From contig NC_068993.1 of the NCBI RefSeq assembly GCF_001194135.2, positions 43,669,390-43,715,399 of the forward strand: a DNA stretch of 46,010 nt, read 5' to 3'. Source of the DNA: Octopus bimaculoides. Its lineage: Eukaryota. Positions within the stretch are counted from its first letter, which is position 1. Each line of letters begins with the position of its first letter. The notes beneath the pieces are model-generated. The model did not search any database. It was not told where the DNA came from and was given only the letters and a program-made list of their open reading frames with translations. This document shows positions 38,150 through 46,010 of this stretch, piece by piece. Both the position numbers and the translations under genes were made by a program.

Positions 38150-39175
38150 CAAGACATTTCTTTTTTCACCCAATTATAACTAATCTGGGAATATTTAATA
38201 GACAACATGGCCAACACTGGAGTGTCTTTGGTCACAAGTCTACTAGTTGAAGGATTACCTCTGACCTAGGGTTAAACAATGCCAACAACATTAGTTTTAG
38301 TAGTATGTGTTAATGCCAGTGGTGTAGGAAGCATATGTGTCACCCAAGGGAGTAGTTGAGTGGAATATCAGATTAAATCCTATGGCATAATTATATGGAT
38401 CTCTGTAGAATGAAAGGTAAATGTGACTGTAATGAAAGTTTAAAGGGTAAAAAGTTATAAGAATGTCCTCTGAGATAACCATGGTAATAAATTATATATA
38501 GCATGTCATGCATTTCATTTGAACCAATTATATAAAAGTAAGCAAGCAACCGTTATCTGAACAAGGTCACTAGAAATTCATAATGTAAAGTATAACTAAA
38601 TATAGCGAGGCATTTAATCCGCCCCCTAACAATTTCGACTAGTCATTGTTCTGTACCTTTTCTTTGTTTCAGCCATAGTAATGATGATGAATTGTAACCT
38701 AGGCATAAGACCAAACATTTTAGGAAGGGTTGGGTATAGTGACTCTCAAATAGGGTTAGATTAACCATAAAGCAAAATATGTTTTTAGAACACCAAAAGA
38801 AGGCAGTACCATAGAGTTGAAATGTTTTGTATTGTCAGTGAATGATAAAAGTCACTGAGAAAAAGCTACTTGTTTAACTAGAATAAATTCACAGGAAAAA
38901 AAAAATGTCATCTTCCATTGAATACTATAAATGTCAATGTAATTAAACAAATGCTATTTTAAATCATTTATCAACTCATAATACATGACTTGTACACAAA
39001 GCCTATTGAATTTATGTAAAGGAATTACATGCATGTAAAAAAACAATCATGTTTTATTTTATTTCTTAAAATAAAAAAAGGAAACAAAAAAGACCATAAA
39101 GTCATTCATCTATTGAAGTATGTGACACAAACATGTTGAAGTAAATTTGTACAGCATTATATTACGGTGGTATAT

Positions 39176-39480
39176 CTCTTTTATCTTTTACTTGTTTTAG
39201 TCATTGGACTGCAGCCATGCTGGGGCACCTCTTTGAAGGGTTTAATTGAATATATTAACCATGGACTTTTTTCATTTAAAGTCTGGTAGTTTTTCAGGTT
39301 GTCTCTTGCCAAACTGTGAATTTTACAGGGATGTAAACAAACTAGCACCTGTTGTCAAGTTAATAATGGGGAGGGAGGTGGTTGGGTAAACACAGACACA
39401 ACCCACCCAGCCACACCTTTACACATATCTATACATGATGTGTTTCCACAGTTTCTATCTACCAAATTCATGTACAAAGC
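39176..39480 (-). mobile_element. old family A SINE
   Basis: cttttatcttttacttgttttagtcattggactgcagccatgctggggcac tail; degenerate body. Confidence 0.65.
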
Positions 39481-40794
39481 ATGAACAGAAAGTATTTTAG
39501 TTCCCTCACAAAGGACCTTAATAATTAAGTAGGTTGATATGATCACAAACCATTGATTCTTACCCCTTCTTGAAATGTATCTTAGACAAATGGGGCCACT
39601 CCTTCCTCTATTGTTGGTAGTGGGGACAATTAGGTCACTGGTGGTCACTTACCCTTTCCCCCTTGATAACAAGCCAATTAACTCTTGTATTTTTCTGAGA
39701 TCCCCTCCCACTGAACTGATCGAATGTACATTGTTTTGGTAAGCTCATTCTGCAACTGAACTTGTGGCAGAATAATTGAATATGTATGTTGCCGTGGGTT
39801 TTAAATTATTAAAAAAATTATTTTAAATGTCCTTGATTGTAAGATTCATGTATTCATCTGAAGAGAAGGGTTTTTTTTTTTTTAATGATATAATGTATTC
39901 ATTTATCAATTAAAAAATTTGTTAGAGATGGCCCCAATGGTTTGACACCTGTTCTTCAATTGTTATTTATTTTTAATTCACCTATCTCAGAACATGCCCC
40001 TCATGTGTTCTGGAGTATGTTACTAACTGTATATTTAATAAAATGTACATGTNNNNNNNNNNNNNNNNNNNNNNNNNNNNNNNNNNNNNNNNNNNNNNNN
40101 NNNNNNNNNNNNNNNNNNNNNNNNNNNNNNNNNNNNNNNNNNNNNNNNNNNNNNNNNNNNNNNNNNNNNNNNNNNNNNNNNNNNNNNNNNNNNNNNNNNN
40201 NNNNNNNNNNNNNNNNNNNNNNNNNNNNNNNNNNNNNNNNNNNNNNNNNNNNNNNNNNNNNNNNNNNNNNNNNNNNNNNNNNNNNNNNNNNNNNNNNNNN
40301 NNNNNNNNNNNNNNNNNNNNNNNNNNNNNNNNNNNNNNNNNNNNNNNNNNNNNNNNNNNNNNNNNNNNNNNNNNNNNNNNNNNNNNNNNNNNNNNNNNNN
40401 NNNNNNNNNNNNNNNNNNNNNNNNNNNNNNNNNNNNNNNNNNNNNNNNNNNNNNNNNNNNNNNNNNNNNNNNNNNNNNNNNNNNNNNNNNNNNNNNNNNN
40501 NNNNNNNNNNNNNNNNNNNNNNNNNNNNNNNNNNNNNNNNNNNNNNNNNNNNNNNNNNNNNNNNNNNNNNNNNNNNNNNNNNNNNNNNNNNNNNNNNNNN
40601 NNNNNNNNNNNNNNNNNNNNNNNNNNNNNNNNNNNNNNNNNNNNNNNNNNNNNNNNNNNNNNNNNNNNNNNNNNNNNNNNNNNNNNNNNNNNNNNNNNNN
40701 NNNNNNNNNNNNNNNNNNNNNNNNNNNNNNNNNNNNNNNNNNNNNNNNNNNNNNNNNNNNNNNNNNNNNNNNNAATAAAGACTAAACAAACAGG

Positions 40795-42105
40795 AAACAA
40801 CTTCTATCTCATTCCAGGGTGAAAAACTAGAGGTAGTTGATAGCTTCCATTACCTAGGTGACCAAGTCAGTAGCGGGGAAGAGTGCGCTGAAAGTGTAAC
40901 TGCTAGAATAAGAATAACCTGGGCAAAGTTCAGAGAGCTCCTACCTCTGGTGGTGACAAAGGGCCTCTTGCTCGGAGTAAAAGGCAGATTGTATGATGCA
41001 TGTGTACGAACAGCCATGCTACATGGCAGTGAAACATGGGCTGTGACTGCTGAGGACATGCATAAGCTCACAAGGAATGAAGCCAGTATGCCCCGATGGA
41101 TGTGTAATGTCAGTGTGCATACTTGACAGAGTGTAAGTATCTTGAGAGAAAAGTTGGACCTAGGAAGCAGGGGATGTGGTGTGCAAGAGAGACGATTGCA
41201 CTGGTATGGACATGTGGCGAGAATGGATGAGGATAGCTGTGTGAAAAAGTGCCACACCCTAGCAGTTGAGGGAACCTGTGGAAGAGGTAGACCAAGGAAG
41301 ACATGGGATGAGACGGTGAAACACCACCTTCGAATATTAGGCTTCACAGAGGCAATGACTAGTGACCGAGACCTTTCGAAATATGCTGTGTGTGAGAAGA
41401 CCCGGCAAGACAAGGGATACCATAACCCATGGCCTTTACCAGGGGTGTAGCCAGCCCTCTTATGCATACCTTTCCTTTTTTGGACACAAAACTCTGCTAG
41501 TGAAGACCTGTTGAGGCAAATGAAATCGAAATCGAACCAAATTCGATGACTGGCACCCATGCCAAACTTCCTTCATTGGACACAAAACTCTACTAGCGAA
41601 GACCTGTTGGGGCAAGTGAAATCGAAATTGAACCAAATTCGATGACTGGCACCCATGCCAGTGGAGTGCTAACAGCTCCATCCGAGCGGGATCACTGCCA
41701 GAGCAGCTGTCTGGCTTCCGTGCTGGTGGCATGTAAAAAGCACCATTTGAGCATGATTGTTACCAGCGTTGCCTTACTGGCACTTGTGCAGGTGGCACGT
41801 GAACAAGACATTCGAGCGAGGTCATTGCAAGTACCACTGGACTGACTCCTGTGCAGGTGGCACATAAAAAACACCATTTGAGTGTGGCCATTGCCAGTAC
41901 CGCCAGACTGGCTCTCGTGCCGGTGGCACATAAAAGCATCCACTACACTCTCGGAGTGGTTGGCATTAGGAAGGGCATCCAGCTGTAGAAACTCTGCCAG
42001 ATCAGATTGGAGCCTGGTGCAGCCATCTGGCTCACTTGTTCTCCAGTCAAATCGTCCAACCCATGCTAGCATGGAAAGCGGACGTTAAACGATGATGATG
42101 ATGAT
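40795..42105 (+). mobile_element. RTE LINE 3' half (ORF2 C-terminus, repeat-structured 3'UTR, (GAT)n tail)
   Basis: GEKLEVVDSFHYLGD...LYDACVRTAMLHGSETW...RLHWYGHVARM...GRGRPRKTW; tail ggacgttaaacgatgatgatg. Confidence 0.93.
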
Positions 42106-42889
42106 ATGTATTTATAGGACAGATATCTTTCAAACTTAAAGTATTATCTCACATTACAATAGAGACATAATACTGAAATAGTGTAAGTGATAAGAGATTG
42201 CTATGGGCTTACATGAGGCAAGAAGTTGGAAATTTCCACTGCATGGACCTTGGCTTTTGACTTTGGTTTTTCACACCTGTTGCTTTAGATATTTTATTTC
42301 AATTTTATGTCTATCTGCATGTATATATGTCTGTATAAGCCAGTGAGGGAGACCTCTAAATGGTAGCTAGACCTGGTAGAAATAGCAGCCAAATCTCCCT
42401 CAAAGCACTTTACTGTCTTAATCCAACAATTCTGCCTATTATGTAGTTTGAATGAGAAACTGTAACTAAAGTTTAAGATTATTAACCCCAAAATTGTACG
42501 TGTTTTAATAGCAATCAATTTTTTCTCTTTTTTGCTTAATTAAAACGGTTGCCTTTTCGTTATAGTTGTTCATGTCAGGCATAAAGGTAAAATGGGTCAA
42601 CTTGGACAGTGTTAAGTAGTGGAGATGTTTGGTGATTGTATGTGGTGGTTACTTTTGACTGTTTCTTCTCAATAAGGATAACTGATTGATAACGAATCTT
42701 AACACAGTATATACACAACTTCAAGTGGAATCGGACATCATAAGAGAGACACAGAGAGGAAAGAAGAGAGACAGCATAGCGACAGTTTTGGCTGACTGTC
42801 ATCCTGTACTCCCCTTGTTGCTAGAAAAATGGTATGAGCTGGCTGTTTGAGCAAATTCGTTGCTTTTAATGGCAGAACAAACAGGACAA

Positions 42890-43085
42890 AAAGATTACAA
42901 AAATAATGATTCTCACTTTGAAACTCACAATCTTGAAAATCTTTTTAGATTACGGAACACCCCACTCTCTCATGTATCCACGTTTAAAATTTCAGCACGA
43001 TCAGATGAACAATATTCGAGTTATAAGCGCACAAACAGACAGACAGAAAGGATTTTATATATTATAATGTATATATATATAGAGT
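42890..43085 (+). mobile_element. possible Helitron/Helentron-like non-autonomous element 3' part
   Basis: aaatttcagcacgatcagatgaacaatattcgagttataagcgcacaaacagacagacagaaaggattttatatatt resembles, from memory, the ends of Lep1/DINE-1-like elements. Confidence 0.3.
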
Positions 43086-43129
43086 TATTAATATTTCTAA
43101 GTCTCTCTAACTATATATATATATAGGCT

Positions 43130-43480
43130 AGGACCATGAGCCATATGCTCCTACCCAATTCAGGATCACAGCATATAAATACTCTGCAATACAATTTCTT
43201 TTCCTCAACAGGCCCTGCCCTATTTAACATTGTCCCAAAACAGATCAAAGAGGAAAAGGATCCCATCACCTTTAAATGGAATCTGGACAAATTTCTTCAA
43301 GGAATATCAGATAAGCCACCTATATCTGAATGTAATTCACTCAACAAGAACTCCCTTCTTGAGTGGGCCATGATACCACAAAACTTGACTTAAAAAGGAT
43401 TTAGCTAATCCTATTGGGTGATGCTATTAAGTTAGACATGGCCTGGACCAATCTTTGGTCGAAACATATCTAAATTATGT
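43130..43480 (+). mobile_element. non-RTE LINE (CR1/L2/Jockey-group-like) ORF2 C-terminus and 3' end
   Basis: QYNFFSSTGPALFNIVPKQIKEEKDPITFKWNLDKFLQGISDKP...NSLLEWA fits the GPxLFNxLP...FK..LDK.L...PD.P...NSL pattern. Confidence 0.65.
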
Positions 43481-44159
43481 AAGTTATCTTGTATACTTTG
43501 GGTTTATTCTTGTTTTTATGACAGCATGTACTCTAAGTTGTGAATTGAATACCTTGTTTTGATGACCTGAAATTTCTTTTGCTTCGTTTGTGTCTATGCA
43601 TTTTATTATATTAAACTACACAATACTACAGTGTATTTTATTACACTTCACTGCACTGTATCCTACTACACTATGTTGAAGGTAAAAACCTGATTAAGGC
43701 TGTTTATTATGTTTTTTTTTATCTTTGTGGAAACAGGTAAATTTGACACCTTTCCATGTCTGCAGTGTAGGTTTAGATATATTACATCATACTTTGATTA
43801 CTGTTTTTGTTGTTGAACGTTTGTAGTATGCAAATTAGTAGTCCTGGTTCTTGAGCTACTAGAGTTGATATATGTATACATAAATGAATTGTTTGCTCTG
43901 GGCTTGGTTGAGTGATATTCGTAACCTCAATAAGAGACCCCAATAAGTGCTAAAAATTGATTTAGGTAGTTCATTATTTTCTCAATCTATGGAGAAATAA
44001 GTGAGTTTGACATGTTTGTATGTCTGTTATCAGAGCCAAGATATGTATATATGTGTGTANNNNNNNNNNNNNNNNNNNNNNNNNNNNNNNNNNNNNNNNN
44101 NNNNNNNNNNNNNNNNNNNNNNNNNNNNNNNNNNNNNNNNNNNNNNNNNNNNNNNNNNN

Positions 44160-44191
44160 GGACGTTAAACGATGATGATGATGATGATGAT
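44160..44191 (+). mobile_element. RTE/SINE tail end emerging from a gap
   Basis: ggacgttaaacgatgatgatgatgatgatgat. Confidence 0.75.
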
Positions 44192-45289
44192 ATATGTATG
44201 TGTGTGTATGCGTGTATGTATATATATTAGCAAATGCACCTGTCATTTAGACAGTTTAAGTTGCTTTGGTGCTATTTTTTCACTAAATAATTGAACTACT
44301 GAGAAGGTTTAGGAGTAGCATGGCCATCTATGTTTCTGATTAACTTAGGAACAGAAAATCAAATTGAAAGTTGGTTATTGTGAAGGTCATTGCACCTTAA
44401 TGATCATAGAGCATATGATTTTGCAAGAGATGCAAAGTAGAGCTACTGAAGTTTTTGAGGAGTAGATTACAGATAATGACTACAAAATATAGTTGTTTTA
44501 CATGAAAGTGAAATTTCTAGTTAGAAACAGCCACATAAGTGAAACAGCAGCATAGTCAAGATGTGTTTTCTTCTCTTACTCTTGTTTTTTGAAAACATCT
44601 TCAAAATGACTTTCTAAAATGAAATTCCTTTATGCAGCTGAGGAGTACATTTTCATTGTATTTTCTGTAGTGTTCTCACTACATGAATAAATGGAGCTTG
44701 TATGAAACGTACGTACTGCTATAACCTATTGAATTTTTGTTGCTTAACTTCAAATATATATATAGTGAATTCTCTTGTAGGCTTCAGTGTATGAGGGTCT
44801 AACAACCAATATTTTAACTGCTAGACTACCCAAAGAGAATTTGTTTTCAGTGATGACGCACCACCATACTTTTTGAAAATGCTGATAGAAGAAATCTGGT
44901 GTAAAAATCTGCCAGAAACTCAATGAACAACATATTGCAAGATTTTCGTGTGTGTGTGTGTGTGTGTGTATTTATGTATACAGATAGATACAGATTGGTA
45001 CATTGATACAATATATAGAAATGTAAACATAAACATATAAATATATAAACACATACATATAGCTTATGTAAAAGAACTCTGTCATATGTATGTACAAATC
45101 TAAATAAATACATATTTGTGTATGTGTGTGTGTGTGTGTGTGCGTGTGTGAGAGTATTCTGTTTATGATAGCTAGAGCCTTTGGTAGTAGAAAATCTGGA
45201 TCAATAAATTCTGTGTGATCACCAGAAGTTAAAAGATTGATATTTATATCAAAAAAGGATCAAAGATGTTTCCTGAGCAATAGGCTTAT

Positions 45290-45505
45290 GAAACCAATTT
45301 CCTAGATTCAGTGAAATATATATCTGCCAACATTGAATGGGATGTTAGTCCATCTCAGGAATATTCATTTTTGCCTGCTGAGTGGACTGGAGCAACATGA
45401 AAAGAAGTTTTTTTGCTCAAGAGCACAAAATATCATGCAGTCCAGAAATCAAAACCACATTCCTATGATCATGAGCACAATACCCTAACCACTAAGGCAC
45501 ATGTC
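45290..45505 (-). mobile_element. degenerate tRNA-headed SINE (relative of 37561-37800)
   Basis: ggagcaacatgaaaagaagtttttgctcaagagcac...ccctaaccactaaggcacatg. Confidence 0.55.
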
Positions 45506-45539
45506 TCTCTCTCTCTCTCTCTCTCTGCACACACAAGTG

Positions 45540-45862
45540 ACCAAAACCTTTGGTGATATGCTGTGCTTGAGAAGACTCATCAAGCCAAATGAAATAGTAG
45601 CAGTGGCCGTTGCTAGTGTCATGTAAATAACACCCATGAAATAGTAGTCGTGGCTATTTCTGGTGTCATGTAAATGGTCTCCATACCAGTTGCATATAAA
45701 ATGCACCCGTTACACTCTTGGTAGTAGTTGGCATTAGGAAGAGCATCCAGCCATAGAAACCATGCCAAATCAGACTGGAGCCTGGTGCAGCCCTCCAGCT
45801 TACCAGTTCCAGGCAAACCATCTAACCCACACTAGCATGGAAAGCAGATACTAAATGATGAT

Positions 45863-45865
<3 letters not shown>
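45540..45865 (+). mobile_element. RTE 3'UTR and tail (subfamily of 36909-37230)
   Basis: gtgaccaaaacctttggtgatatgctgtgcttgagaagac...gcacccgttacactcttggtagtagttggcattaggaagagcatccagc...taaatgatgatg. Confidence 0.8.
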
Positions 45866-45899
<34 letters not shown>

Positions 45900-46010
45900 C
45901 AAAGAATATATATGCATGTATACACACATATATGTACATACTTACATCTACATGTGTATATAGATGCATATCAGGGTACAGGATGTTAGAACAATGAACT
46001 ACAGACCACG

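Noticed and set aside
40850-41560. 236-aa minus-strand ORF
   Set aside because: Antisense frame of RTE ORF2; similar antisense ORFs lie at 28934-29353 and 9581-9913
41655-41945. CRISPR-like repeat-spacer array
   Set aside because: Eukaryotic LINE 3'UTR, repeats are not identical, spacers are homologous to each other and there are no cas genes; kept only as a degenerate tandem array
43443-43470. GACCA/TGGTC stem followed by GAAAC
   Set aside because: The upstream CUGANGA core is missing (only cctg); better explained as a LINE 3' end hairpin

Overview
AT-rich eukaryotic scaffold with many N gaps. The SINE/RTE repeats and dense microsatellites look like a coleoid cephalopod, probably Octopus; this is inferred from repeat resemblance only. 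One complete gene can be built by hand: a four-exon minus-strand GM2-activator-like (ML-domain) gene. Its CDS exons are 18766-18656, 8184-8008, 6137-5967 and 4674-4537 (198 aa, signal peptide, 8 conserved Cys, three phase-0 GT-AG introns), with a TATA box at 18895-18902. A single 195-aa plus-strand orphan ORF (30659-31246) is a plausible second gene. The rest is mostly decayed mobile DNA: several RTE LINE subfamilies sharing one 3' tail, tRNA-headed SINEs, mariner remnants, MITEs and microsatellites. Most interesting signals: (1) a tRNA-promoter element carrying a Penelope-type minimal hammerhead-ribozyme motif (1784-2080, second copy 38020-38149); (2) three unrelated SINE-like families whose own 3' portion is duplicated in inverted orientation at the 5' end; (3) a regular ~65-bp hairpin-motif array in an RTE 3' UTR; (4) a perfect 112-bp inverted repeat across a gap, with endpoints inside two different SINE copies. 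All calls are by eye with no database searches, and repeat boundaries are approximate.
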